Shown: positions 31,802-41,630 of the stretch, in pieces
How the letters are laid out: every line of letters begins with the position of its first letter
Position numbering within the stretch: the first letter of the stretch is position 1
Origin: Bryobacterales bacterium
GTDB lineage: Bacteria > Acidobacteriota > Terriglobia > Bryobacterales > UBA6623
Length of the DNA: 64,000 nt
Direction of reading: 5' to 3'
Assembly: GCA_028819215.1 (NCBI GenBank)
Contig: JAPPMG010000066.1
Location: 21,752 to 85,751, forward strand
Translations under genes and position numbers: made by a program
Notes under the pieces: generated by a model
Databases searched by the model: none
Told to the model about the DNA's origin: nothing
What the model saw: the letters and a program-made list of their open reading frames with translations, nothing else

Positions 31802-33060
31802 CTGGCGAATCGCTCGTGGTGTGGCTCGGGGGCCGGCGCGTCGGCCTGCTACGAAGCAGTCCGGGCCACGGTATGGAATTTGAGTACGAACCGGGATGGA
31901 TTCGAGCGGGCGGGGTCGCGCTTTCTCAGTCGATTCCTCTACAGCAGTCCGGAGAATTGACTGTCAGCGACAGCCGCGCTCATCGTTTCTTCGCAAACCT
32001 GCTGCCAGAGGCGATGGCCCGAGCGCGAATCGTACGTCGGTGTAGAATCCCGGACGACGACTTTGCGCTGCTGCGAGCCTTGGGGAGAGAGTGTGCAGGT
32101 GCTGTCGAGATCCTTCCCGAAGGCAACGAGCCCGACGATCCAAGCTCTCACCGATACGAACGAATCGACCACAGTAGGCTCGCAGACCTCCAGTTCAAAA
32201 GCGGCTGGGACTTCGAAGGTCTTGAACGGCGGCCCGCTCCCCACCCTGCTCTGGCCGGAGCGCAGGACAAGACCGCGCTGGCCCTGTTCGACAACAAGAC
32301 CTGGCTGCCCAAGGGAACTGCTCCGTCAAGCCACATTCTGAAGTTCGACTCTGTCGAATACTCCGACGTCCTTGCATTCGAGTGCTTCGCTACGCTGCTC
32401 GCCGAGTTCGTAGGACTACCGGTGGTGGATTTCGAACTTCGTACCGTAGGGCGAGACTCCATCGCACTGATAGAGCGTTACGATCGAATCCTTGAGGATG
32501 ACGGTCGGATCCGGAGGCTACACCAAGAGGACTTCTGCCAAGCGATGGGCTTGAGCAGCCGAAACAAGTACGAGACCGATGGCGGCCCGTCGTTCGCTGA
32601 CTGCTACCGGCTTATACGGGACGTGTCCGACGCGCCCCTCGACGACTTGGAGCGGTTGCTTCGCTGGCAAGTCTTCAACGTGCTCGCCGGAAACTCGGAC
32701 GGCCATGCCAAGAACCTCTCGCTGCTATACGGATCGGACGGAGCGACCCGTCTGGCTCCTTTCTATGACTTGGTTCCTACCAGAGCAATCGAGAATCTCG
32801 ACCACGACCTGGCAATCGGCGTTGGCGGGATGCGAAACCCCGGCAACGTAGGCCGCAGACATTGGGAATCGCTGGCTGCCGAGTGTGATGTCCGATCAAA
32901 TGTCGTTCTGTCCCTGGTCGAAGAGACCGCCGAGTTGCTGATGGTACATTCCGCGGAAGCCAGGGCACGGTTCGAGGACACGCACGGCAGACTCCCGGCG
33001 CTTGACCGTGTCGAGCGAGTGGTGTCTCGCCAGTGTCAACGTGCTACACGCATAGACTGA
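31798..33060 (+). CDS. hipA: HipA-family Ser/Thr kinase toxin
   Basis: FFANLLPE, LAGAQDK, HILK, ERYDR, RLHQEDFCQA, GNSDGHAKN, LAPFYD. Confidence 0.93.
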   Translation: MTGESLVVWLGGRRVGLLRSSPGHGMEFEYEPGWIRAGGVALSQSIPLQQSGELTVSDSRAHRFFANLLPEAMARARIVRRCRIPDDDFALLRALGRECAGAVEILPEGNEPDDPSSHRYERIDHSRLADLQFKSGWDFEGLERRPAPHPALAGAQDKTALALFDNKTWLPKGTAPSSHILKFDSVEYSDVLAFECFATLLAEFVGLPVVDFELRTVGRDSIALIERYDRILEDDGRIRRLHQEDFCQAMGLSSRNKYETDGGPSFADCYRLIRDVSDAPLDDLERLLRWQVFNVLAGNSDGHAKNLSLLYGSDGATRLAPFYDLVPTRAIENLDHDLAIGVGGMRNPGNVGRRHWESLAAECDVRSNVVLSLVEETAELLMVHSAEARARFEDTHGRLPALDRVERVVSRQCQRATRID

Positions 33061-33236
33061 GACACTCCGACCGGGACTGGGCCGGCGGCGATGTGACTGA
33101 ACCTCAGCGTGAACTCGACGGTAGAGTTGACTGGAAGTGCGGGCCTCAAGGGAATGGAAGTCCTCCTCGTTGCGGCGCAGCGCCGGGCGCGCCGCCATGG
33201 CACAGTGATCGTGGCCGCCGCAGACTATGCGTGGCC

Positions 33237-33791
33237 CTACACAATTGCGGCCACACCAGCGCCCGTCGCGTATGCGACGACCGCCACTAGCACGCCCAGT
33301 GCTAGCATTTCGAGGCCGCTGACCCACCATCGGCTGGCCGTGACGAGGGCACGCAGGGCTCCGACCGCGAATTGCGCGAGGAGCGCCAGCACCGACGCCA
33401 GCAGGAAGCGATGTTCCAGTTCAGGAACGACATAGGGCACGAGAGGAATCGCGCCGGCCACGGCGAATGCCAAGAACGTCGCAAATCCGTGTCGCGCCGG
33501 GTTCGCCTCCTCCTCGGGCAGGTTCTGCCTTTCCCTAGCGCTCTCCCGAGCGCGAATGCTCAGAAAATTGCCAACACCCATCGATAGTCCGTCCGCAAAC
33601 AGATTGGCAATTCCGACGATGAGCACGGCGGTCGATGAGAGGGCCCCTCCGGAGACCCCGGCTACGATTGCGTAACTGGTCAGGAGGCCGTCATTCGTGC
33701 CATAGATGAGATCACCGATGTAGTGTTGTGCTGTCTCGAATGCTCCGTGCGGAGCGCGGTGCAGAGAGGGTCGATTCGTGGAGCGTCGCAT
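33237..33791 (-). CDS. VIT1/CCC1-family Fe/Mn transporter
   Basis: IYGTNDGLLTSYAIVAG, ANLFADGLSMGVGNFLS, GAIPLVPY. Confidence 0.88.
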   Translation of the reverse strand: MRRSTNRPSLHRAPHGAFETAQHYIGDLIYGTNDGLLTSYAIVAGVSGGALSSTAVLIVGIANLFADGLSMGVGNFLSIRARESARERQNLPEEEANPARHGFATFLAFAVAGAIPLVPYVVPELEHRFLLASVLALLAQFAVGALRALVTASRWWVSGLEMLALGVLVAVVAYATGAGVAAIV

Positions 33792-33886
33792 TGCCGCATG
33801 GTAGCGAGAGTTCGGTTGTTTCAGAAGATCGCGAATCGATCGGTTCGTTCCTGCCTTGTCGATGCCGGTTAGAAGTCCACACGTGT

Positions 33887-35050
33887 TTATGGCAGCGGTT
33901 GACCCGGCATGATCTCGTGGAGCAGTTCTTCCACTGGCAAGCACAGGATTCCATCGATCTCAAGCCGCTCAGCCCCCCTGTACGCAAGACGTGGACGGGC
34001 CTCCGGGTAGTCTTGGCGGAACCGCTTGAGGTGACGGAGGTCGGCCAGCCGCACCCGCCGGGAGTGTTTGACCTCCAGCGCCCAGAATTCGTCCCTGCCA
34101 TACACCACGAAGTCAACCTCGCTTCCAGCGCGAGTCTTCCAGTAGTAAAGATTGGCAGACGATCGGGAGTAGGCCAGCCAAGCCCTCAGATGTTGCGCCA
34201 CGAGCCCTTCCAGGGCTGCCCCGCGAGCCTCTTCGGGACGGTCCAGCGGGCCGGCGGGCCGAAGCGACCGGAATATTCCTGTGTCGGCGAAGAAGAACTT
34301 GGGATGTGCAGTCATGTGCCGTCTTGCACGCTTGGTGAAGACGGGCACACGGAACGCTAGAAGCAAGTCTTCGACGATCTCCACGTATCCTTCGACTGTC
34401 TTGCGACTGACCGCGCATTCCCGGGCGACCTCGCTTACGTTGAGGATCGCCCCGTGGGCGAAGCTGATCGCTTCGAGAAAACGATGGAATGCCCCGGTGT
34501 TTCGGACAAGGCCCTCCGTCTGCACCTCTTGCTGCACGTACAGGCCAACATAGGAGCTCAGGGTATCCGCAGGGTCTCTCGCGTCCCAGACGATGGGCAG
34601 CAATCCGACTTCAAGTGCAGCGTCCAGACTGAATCTCGGCCCAAGTTCCGCAGCCATGAATGGATGCATGAGACGGAGCGTTGCACGACCTGCCAGCAAA
34701 TCGACACCGGCTCGCTTGAGCTTCCTTGAGCTGGAGCCCGAGAGGACGAAGCGCGGACAGTTGGGAAGCTCGATCAACTGGTGCACGACCGTGAGTAGTT
34801 CTGGCACCCGCTGCACTTCGTCAATCACGACATCCTCCGAGCCGGGGTTGGCCGCGACCAGTTCGCGCAAGCGCTCGGGACGGGCGGCATAGAGACGCTG
34901 CTGGGCCGGAGAGAGAAAATCAACCCAGACAGCGTTCGGAAGGGCGCTGTGCAACCATGTGCTCTTTCCTGTTCCGCGCAGTCCGAACAGGAAGGAATGC
35001 CCCGCAGGAGGGCGAAAGAATTTCCTTTCAATCGCCATTATTCGACTCAT
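33887..35050 (-). CDS. AAA_14 ATPase with DUF4143 and a C-terminal nuclease-like motif
   Basis: Walker A GLRGTGKST, VIDEVQR, LSGSS, LAGRA, PKFFFADTG, EVDFV..ALEVK. Confidence 0.9.
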   Translation of the reverse strand: MSRIMAIERKFFRPPAGHSFLFGLRGTGKSTWLHSALPNAVWVDFLSPAQQRLYAARPERLRELVAANPGSEDVVIDEVQRVPELLTVVHQLIELPNCPRFVLSGSSSRKLKRAGVDLLAGRATLRLMHPFMAAELGPRFSLDAALEVGLLPIVWDARDPADTLSSYVGLYVQQEVQTEGLVRNTGAFHRFLEAISFAHGAILNVSEVARECAVSRKTVEGYVEIVEDLLLAFRVPVFTKRARRHMTAHPKFFFADTGIFRSLRPAGPLDRPEEARGAALEGLVAQHLRAWLAYSRSSANLYYWKTRAGSEVDFVVYGRDEFWALEVKHSRRVRLADLRHLKRFRQDYPEARPRLAYRGAERLEIDGILCLPVEELLHEIMPGQPLP

Positions 35051-35341
35051 TATGGCAGGTTATGTTGCATTTTGCAGAAAGACTCATCAAGACGGCGATC
35101 GAATCGCAGATTCGGCCCAGTTCGAACTTCGTTGCATTCAAGTAGTTGATAGAGCAACGGGACCGGGCGGCCGGCCTTGGCCCGAGCCGGAATGATCGAA
35201 AAACGATCAGTGCGACCACGCAGGATAGTGAAAACATGCTCTCGGCGCTGAAGCCGAGTTTGAGGTTTCGCTCGACGCGGCAAAGTCGATCGGACTGCGC
35301 CACGGGCGGAACGCTGACCGGGATGCTCTATGCTGTGTCCG

Positions 35342-36820
35342 ATGCGACTCGCACTAGGTCTTGCCGTCTTGCTGGGCTCGGCGGCTCCGGCGCTCCCGAA
35401 TCCCAATGTCGTCATAATTCTGACCGACGATCTTGGCTACGGGGACGTGGGAGCCTATAACCCGGAATCCAAGATACCGACTCCGAACCTCGACGGCCTG
35501 GCCGCAGAGGGGATGCGCTTCACAGACGCTCACACCCCGGACGGCGTCTGCACTCCAACGCGCTACGGGCTTCTGACTGGCCGCTACGCGTGGCGCACCT
35601 GGTTGAAGCGTGGGGTGTTGAACGGATCCTCGCCTCCTCTCATCGAGCCGGAGCGACTGACACTGGCCGACATGCTTCGCCAGCAGGGCTACGAGACCGG
35701 CATGGTCGGCAAGTGGCATCTCGGGCGTCGCTGGCATCTTCTGGACGAATCGCGAGACCAGATCGTGGCGAACGTCGACTGGTCGAAGCCCGTGATCAAT
35801 GGCCCAGCGCAACATGGCTTCACCTACTCCTTCGGGCTTGCCAAGCCCGCCTGGGGGTTTGTCGAGAACGGCAAAGTGCTGGCGCGACCGACGCTGGCAT
35901 TTGACCTCACGCACCTGCCTGCCTATCTCATGGGAGGCAACAATAACAAAGGAACGAAGTCGCCCGGCTTCGAATTCGAGCGCATGCTGCCTCGATTCAC
36001 AGAGGAAGCGGTGGGCTTCATTGCGAGGGCGGCAGAGCAGACGCAGCCTTGGTTCCTCTACTTCGCGCCGCTGGCACCGCACCGCCCCGTCGTGCCGAAC
36101 AAAGACTTCACAGATCAGAGCGCAGCCGGCCTCTACGGGGATTTCGTCGCAGAAGTCGACTGGTCCGTCGGAGAGGTGCTGGCGGCGATCGAAAGAAGCG
36201 GGCAAGCCGACAACACCCTAGTGGTCGTGACTAGCGACAATGGCCCGGAGGCTGACGCCTATCGGCGGATCTTGGAATACCGCCACGCCAGCATGGCCAA
36301 GCTGCGGGGCCTGAAGCGGGACCTTTGGGAGGGCGGCCATCGCGTGCCGTTTCTGGCCCGCTGGCCCGGCAAGATCCCAGCAGGCAGCGTGCAGGACGAG
36401 GTGCTGTGCCTGACCGACCTGATGGCAACGGTGGCGGCGATCGTCGGCTTCCAGCTGCCAAGCGACGCGGCGGAGGACAGCTACGACATGAGCGATGCGC
36501 TCTTCGGCGCCGACAGCGACTCGCCCGTGCGCGAGGCGACCGTGCATCATGGCTCGCGAGGCTGGTTCGGAATCCGGCAGGGAGATTGGGTGCTGATCAA
36601 TCACCCAACTGGTGACAACAACGGCGGAGCGAATCGCGAGCCGGAATGGTTCCGTCAACAGCGCCTCGCGAAGGTCCACGACCAAGACGTAGAACTGTAC
36701 AACCTGAAGGAAGATCCCGCCCAGACGACCAATCGTGCGGCGGAAGCCCCGGAACGCGTGCGCAGCATGCAGCGCTTGCTCGAGAGTTACAAGCAAGACG
36801 GCCGGAGCGTGAGCCGCTGA
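35342..36820 (+). CDS. Arylsulfatase (formylglycine-dependent S1 family)
   Basis: Signal peptide, DDLGYGD, CTPTRYGLLTGRY, GKWHLG, SDNG, EGGHRVP. Confidence 0.95.
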   Translation: MRLALGLAVLLGSAAPALPNPNVVIILTDDLGYGDVGAYNPESKIPTPNLDGLAAEGMRFTDAHTPDGVCTPTRYGLLTGRYAWRTWLKRGVLNGSSPPLIEPERLTLADMLRQQGYETGMVGKWHLGRRWHLLDESRDQIVANVDWSKPVINGPAQHGFTYSFGLAKPAWGFVENGKVLARPTLAFDLTHLPAYLMGGNNNKGTKSPGFEFERMLPRFTEEAVGFIARAAEQTQPWFLYFAPLAPHRPVVPNKDFTDQSAAGLYGDFVAEVDWSVGEVLAAIERSGQADNTLVVVTSDNGPEADAYRRILEYRHASMAKLRGLKRDLWEGGHRVPFLARWPGKIPAGSVQDEVLCLTDLMATVAAIVGFQLPSDAAEDSYDMSDALFGADSDSPVREATVHHGSRGWFGIRQGDWVLINHPTGDNNGGANREPEWFRQQRLAKVHDQDVELYNLKEDPAQTTNRAAEAPERVRSMQRLLESYKQDGRSVSR

Positions 36821-36850
36821 CTCAACGCCTCGGTACGGCTCGTCAGGCCC

Positions 36851-38131
36851 TCACGCGATTTGGCGAGCGCCCTGAATCACCGCCGTGATGTCCCGGATCC
36901 CGACGCCCGGGCCGGTTGGTACGGCGAGCTTGCCGTCTCGGATAGAAAGCGCCGGATCGAACCAGTCCGCGTACCGTTCGATGTTCCGCTTGTACTCTTG
37001 GTACCGTCCGATGTCTTTTGTGCGGGACGCAAAGTGCAACATATAGACGAAGCCGAAGCCTCCGGATATGTGGACGGTAGTCGGCATCTGGGCCAGCTCG
37101 GCCATGTTGGCAACCCGGGCCGACCGGATCATGCCCCCGTAATAGTGCAGGTCAGGCTGGACGATGTCGACGCCCCGATTGGCAATCATCCAACGGAACC
37201 TGCGCTCGCTGTATTCTTGCTCCCCTCCGGAAACCGGCAGGGACAGCGAATCTGCCACGACCTTGGTGTCCTCGAGATGGTCGAACGGGCAGGGCTCTTC
37301 AAAGTAGACCGCTCCGACCTCTTCGAGAAGGCGCCCGATCGGCAGCGCGTGGTCGGGGTCGTAGGAACTGTTCGCGTCGCCGTGCAGGTCGATCGCGTCT
37401 CCCAGCCCCTTTCGAGCTAGCGGAATCAGGGCTTCCGATCGCCCCGGAGAAGCGTCGAGGTTGCGGCTCATACGCCCGCCGAGCCGGAACTTGACCGCTT
37501 TCGCGCCGGTCTCGTCGACCAAGGACTGCAAGTACTCGACTTCCTCTTCCGGAGACGAGTCCCGGCGGCCGCTTGCCACGTAGAAGTCGATCTCGTCGCG
37601 AAGCGTCCCGCCCAGCAGGTCACCGATCGACTTGCCGCAGGCGCGGCCCAGCAAGTCGAGCAGGGCGAATTCGACCCATGCCTGCACAGACCACAGCGCG
37701 AGCCCTTGGAGCTTGTAATTGCTGCGATGCCGATACAGTTCGAAGAGCAGCTCGGACTCTAGCTTCCGGGCGTCTTTGCCGAGGAAGAACGGGATCACCA
37801 GTTCTTGGAGAATCGAGCTCAGATAGCGGCGACCATTGGTCAACGACACCCCTTCAGCCCCGTCCTTGGAACGGACATGGACGAACTGGTTCCCGTCCTT
37901 CTCCAAGAGGCGGATGGAGTCGATGATCAGAGGAGTGTCCAGCCCAGACACGTCGAGTACCGGCCGTGCAGCGGCGGCATCGAGGTCTGCGGTCGTCAGT
38001 CCAGCCGGTTCGTCTCCGGGAGCGCCGCCGCACGCTACCAAGGGTGCGCTGGCTGCCGATGCAGCGATGAATTTCCGCCGTGTCAGGCGGCTGCGGAAAC
38101 TATCCCGGAATGTTCTGACGCCTCGTGCCAT
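36851..38131 (-). CDS. Mandelate racemase/enolase-superfamily enzyme with Tat-lipoprotein signal
   Basis: TRRKFI..LVAC signal, KFR, D(AN), EEP, GEQ, QPD. Confidence 0.85.
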   Translation of the reverse strand: MARGVRTFRDSFRSRLTRRKFIAASAASAPLVACGGAPGDEPAGLTTADLDAAAARPVLDVSGLDTPLIIDSIRLLEKDGNQFVHVRSKDGAEGVSLTNGRRYLSSILQELVIPFFLGKDARKLESELLFELYRHRSNYKLQGLALWSVQAWVEFALLDLLGRACGKSIGDLLGGTLRDEIDFYVASGRRDSSPEEEVEYLQSLVDETGAKAVKFRLGGRMSRNLDASPGRSEALIPLARKGLGDAIDLHGDANSSYDPDHALPIGRLLEEVGAVYFEEPCPFDHLEDTKVVADSLSLPVSGGEQEYSERRFRWMIANRGVDIVQPDLHYYGGMIRSARVANMAELAQMPTTVHISGGFGFVYMLHFASRTKDIGRYQEYKRNIERYADWFDPALSIRDGKLAVPTGPGVGIRDITAVIQGARQIA

Positions 38132-38220
38132 CTCGTCTCGCCCCGCCGGACCGCACAAGCGGCATCGGCGGCTCCGACTAGACCGTAGCATGACCCGCTG
38201 TTCTCCGAGCCGGCGCGAGC

Positions 38221-38781
38221 CTACCCGGTCGCTATTTTCAACAAGTTCTCGACCGTTCTCCAGTTGCGGAACGTAGCTGGCGTCGCAAGCACTCGTTCCA
38301 CGTAGCTGGCAGTGAAGCGGGTTCCTGACATGCCGTTCGGCAGGCGCAGATAGATCTCCTTCCCGCGCACTACGAACTCGTCGGGCGGAGACCGATCCGG
38401 GTCAAGGCTCGAGACTCGGTCTTGAGATGGCTTGTCGGCCAGGAAGCCCACGTGCAGGACGCGGGGGTCCTGCGATGCGTCCAGAAACGGGTTCTCGTCG
38501 ACTACCCGGGCCAAGTCGGCGACAGACCGGAGAATGACGGGGATGTCCGTGCCCATCCGGGCGGAGACTGCGGCCCCCACGGATTCCCGCGCGTTCAGTG
38601 CGATCGAGGGTGCCGCCGCAAATACGACGTTCCCACTCTGGATGTAGGTTCTCACTGAAACACACCCAGCTTGCTCGAATGACCGAGCCAGCTCGGCCAT
38701 CGGCAGACGGTTCCGTCCGCCGACATTGATTCCGCGCAGTAGCGCGACATAGGTGTCGCGGCTCGTTTCGAGGCTCTCCAC
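38221..38781 (-). CDS. DUF1697 family protein
   Basis: YVALLRGINVGGRN.LPMAEL, VRTYIQSGNVVF, T.RNWRTV. The long N-terminal part of the tracked ORF overlaps the symporter and is spurious. Confidence 0.9.
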   Translation of the reverse strand: MESLETSRDTYVALLRGINVGGRNRLPMAELARSFEQAGCVSVRTYIQSGNVVFAAAPSIALNARESVGAAVSARMGTDIPVILRSVADLARVVDENPFLDASQDPRVLHVGFLADKPSQDRVSSLDPDRSPPDEFVVRGKEIYLRLPNGMSGTRFTASYVERVLATPATFRNWRTVENLLKIATG

Positions 38782-38792
38782 GTCGATTCCGG

Positions 38793-40565
38793 CTAGAAGC
38801 ACTCGACATTGCGCCGCCAAACACGGACCAATCCGAGGCCGCTGAGTCCTGCCACGAGGGCGGCCGCCAACGCATGGGCAATCTCCCCGTACAACAGGTA
38901 TCCGGTCGAGAACATGAAAGCGTAGATCGCGATCGAGCCGAGCAGCGACGCGACCAAAGGCGGCATCAGGTGGCGGGCTTGGGCCAAGGCTACCTCTGTC
39001 CCGGCCTTGCGCGCGACACGCTTCCAGCCGGGACCTGTTGGACGAACCTTGCGATAGAAGCTGACCAGAGTCGCTTCGTCGGTCGGAGCGCCGAGGTAGG
39101 CGAACGGCAGCCAGCAAGCCGTGGTCAACCCCACGCCGATCACAAGCCGCAGCCACGCATCCAGTTCCGGGGCTATCGCCGGCAGCGCCACGGCAACCGA
39201 GAACGATGCGACCATCGCGGCCAACTCGGTCGCAGCGTTGATGCGCCACCAGAACCAGCGCAACAGGTACAGCAATCCCGTCCCTGCCCCGATTTGCAAC
39301 AAGATCTGGAATACCCCCAGAGCACTCTCCACGGTCAAGGAAACGGCGCATGCAAGCACCATCAACAGGACAGTGAACCACCGCCCTGCCCAGACCAGTT
39401 GCGCTTCGCTGGCACCAGGACGCAGGAAGCGGCGGTAGACATCGCCGACCAAGATCGAAGACCCCCAGTTCAGCGAAGTCGACATCGTGGACATGTAGGC
39501 GGCGGCGAGCGATGTGACCACCAAGCCCAGCAGCCCCGGCGGCAGGAACGTCAGCATGGCCGGATATGCCAGATCGTTCCGCACCACACCGGCCGCCACA
39601 TGCGGGAAGCGCTGCTGAATGGAGCCAAGGTCCGGAAATACAATCAGCGACGCCAAGGCGACAACAATCCACGGCCACGGCCGCAAGCCGTAATGCAGCA
39701 GATTGAACAGCAGGGTCGCGCCGAGCGCATGCGACTCGTTCTTGGCTGACAGCATGCGTTGGACGAGGTAGCCACCGCCGCCCGGCTCCGATCCGGGGTA
39801 GTACGCAGCCCACCACTGCACTATCAGCGGCACTAAGAACACCGGTGCCAGATCAATCCAAGACATCGTTTCGAACGATGGCCAGAACGCTGTCCGCTGG
39901 CGCACTGCCTCGTGCGCCAGCATGCCGCTCAGCCCGCCGACTTCGGGCAGCCGGACGATGTAGACGGTCGCGGCCACCGATCCGACCATGGCCATTCCGA
40001 ACTGGACCATGTCCGTCAGCAGCACACCCTGCAGCCCGCCCAGAGCGCTGTAGGCCAAGGTTACGCCGGCGGCGACGACCAACGTCTGGCCGGGGCTCCA
40101 GCCGAACATCACCGAGCCGATCTTGATCGCCGCGAGCGAGACCGCGGCCATGATCAAGACGTTGAACACCAGCCCTAGGTAGACGCCCCGGAAGACCCGC
40201 AGGAACGCCGCCGTCTTGCCTGAGTAGCGCAGCTCGTAGAACTCGACGTCCGTCGCGACGCCGGAGCGACGCCAGAGCTTGGCGTACAGGAACACCGTCA
40301 GCATCCCGGAGAGCAAGAAAGCCCACCAGGTCCAATTGCCCAGCACGCCGTCCCGACGGACGATGTCAGCGACCAAGTTGGGCGTGTCGGTCGAGAAGGT
40401 CGTGGCGACCATCGAAACACCCAACAGCCACCAAGGCTGGCGGCGGCCAGCCAAGAAGAAAGACGAGAAGTCGCCTCCCGCACTCTTGGCGACCCGCAAG
40501 CCGACCAGCAGCGAGAAAGCGAGAAAGGACGCCAAGATCGCCCAGTCGACGGCGGTCAGTTGCAT
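38793..40565 (-). CDS. Sodium:solute symporter family protein
   Basis: FFLAGR..PWWLLGVSMVATTFSTDTP, QRMLSAK, AAYMST, about 14 TM. Confidence 0.92.
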   Translation of the reverse strand: MQLTAVDWAILASFLAFSLLVGLRVAKSAGGDFSSFFLAGRRQPWWLLGVSMVATTFSTDTPNLVADIVRRDGVLGNWTWWAFLLSGMLTVFLYAKLWRRSGVATDVEFYELRYSGKTAAFLRVFRGVYLGLVFNVLIMAAVSLAAIKIGSVMFGWSPGQTLVVAAGVTLAYSALGGLQGVLLTDMVQFGMAMVGSVAATVYIVRLPEVGGLSGMLAHEAVRQRTAFWPSFETMSWIDLAPVFLVPLIVQWWAAYYPGSEPGGGGYLVQRMLSAKNESHALGATLLFNLLHYGLRPWPWIVVALASLIVFPDLGSIQQRFPHVAAGVVRNDLAYPAMLTFLPPGLLGLVVTSLAAAYMSTMSTSLNWGSSILVGDVYRRFLRPGASEAQLVWAGRWFTVLLMVLACAVSLTVESALGVFQILLQIGAGTGLLYLLRWFWWRINAATELAAMVASFSVAVALPAIAPELDAWLRLVIGVGLTTACWLPFAYLGAPTDEATLVSFYRKVRPTGPGWKRVARKAGTEVALAQARHLMPPLVASLLGSIAIYAFMFSTGYLLYGEIAHALAAALVAGLSGLGLVRVWRRNVECF

Positions 40566-40671
40566 GCGTCACCCACTCTCGAGTGTGGCCACAGAATCGC
40601 CGCCGCGAATGTGCGGGGAGCCGTGGTGTGCGATCGCCTCGCTACGCGCGCGAACCGATCATCGCGGCCCG

Positions 40672-41601
40672 CTAGACACGCTTGACGGCCGCCAGCAGCC
40701 CCTTCAGCGAATGCTCGCTGGCGGCAGCCTTGCTGCCTTGAATCGTGTAGTGGGTTTCCAGCGAGACTACGCCATCGTAGCCATCGTCCAGCAGCGCGCG
40801 GAGCTGGCCCACATGATCGAACTCGCCATCGCCGACTCCGCACCACTCGAAATCACCCTCCTTCGTACGGCGGTAGTCGCGGACGTGAACGTGCAAGATT
40901 CGCGAGCTGTCCAAGGATTCGTAGCCGGCGGGGAACGGCTCGTCGTCTCCGGCTCGGGCGGAGTTGTTCGGATCCCACGTCAGGCCCAAGGCGGGCGAGC
41001 GCACCTGCGCCAGCAGTTCCGCCGAATGGGCCGCCGTCTCCACGTAGCTGCCTGCGACGTTTTCGACAGCCAGCTGGAAGCCAGCTCGCTGGGCCCGCTC
41101 GGCGGACTCGCCTACTAGTTCGAAGACCCTCGGATAGGCTGCGGGATCCGGCTGGCCGCCGCGGGGATAGGTGAACGCAAACGTTCGAATCAGGCGCGTG
41201 TCGAGGAGTTCGGCCCGCTCGAAAGCCCGGTCGAGCAGGTCCCACTGCTTCTTCAGCGCCTTAGCGCCATCGGCGGAGCTGCTGTCCGGCAACGGAACCT
41301 TGAAGAATCCTGTGTCGAGGATCGCAAGCCGAATGCCGGCGTCGTTTAAGAGGGTCCGCGCGTGCCGGATCTTCTCGACCGGCAATGAGGTGTTGTACTT
41401 GCCCCACAGATGGCGGATTTCGCAGTAGTCCAAGCCATGCCGCCCGAGAAAATCGAGCGCGATACGAAGATCGTCGTCAATCTCGTCGGTAGTGACGGCC
41501 AAACGGATGCGCGATGAGGAGTCATTGGCCAAGGCGCTGGCTAGGCCGGCCGAGAGCGCCATCCCCGCGCCGAAGAATTCCCTTCTTGATGTGCGTGCCA
41601 C
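40672..41601 (-). CDS. Tat-exported sugar phosphate isomerase/epimerase (xylose isomerase-like TIM barrel)
   Basis: SRREFF signal, TDEI, VEN, WDPNN, HVHVRD, SLETH. Confidence 0.88.
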   Translation of the reverse strand: MARTSRREFFGAGMALSAGLASALANDSSSRIRLAVTTDEIDDDLRIALDFLGRHGLDYCEIRHLWGKYNTSLPVEKIRHARTLLNDAGIRLAILDTGFFKVPLPDSSSADGAKALKKQWDLLDRAFERAELLDTRLIRTFAFTYPRGGQPDPAAYPRVFELVGESAERAQRAGFQLAVENVAGSYVETAAHSAELLAQVRSPALGLTWDPNNSARAGDDEPFPAGYESLDSSRILHVHVRDYRRTKEGDFEWCGVGDGEFDHVGQLRALLDDGYDGVVSLETHYTIQGSKAAASEHSLKGLLAAVKRV

Positions 41602-41630
41602 GGTTTCAGAGATTATAACGGTTGGCGACG

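Noticed and set aside
33792-33886. yybP-ykoY manganese riboswitch upstream of the VIT1 gene
   Set aside because: No GGGGAGTAG or CGTCA motifs; a -10 box sits 6 nt from the start codon, leaving no leader.
38782-39816. 531-aa version of the DUF1697 ORF as a fusion protein
   Set aside because: The extension is an alternate frame of the SSS transporter gene.
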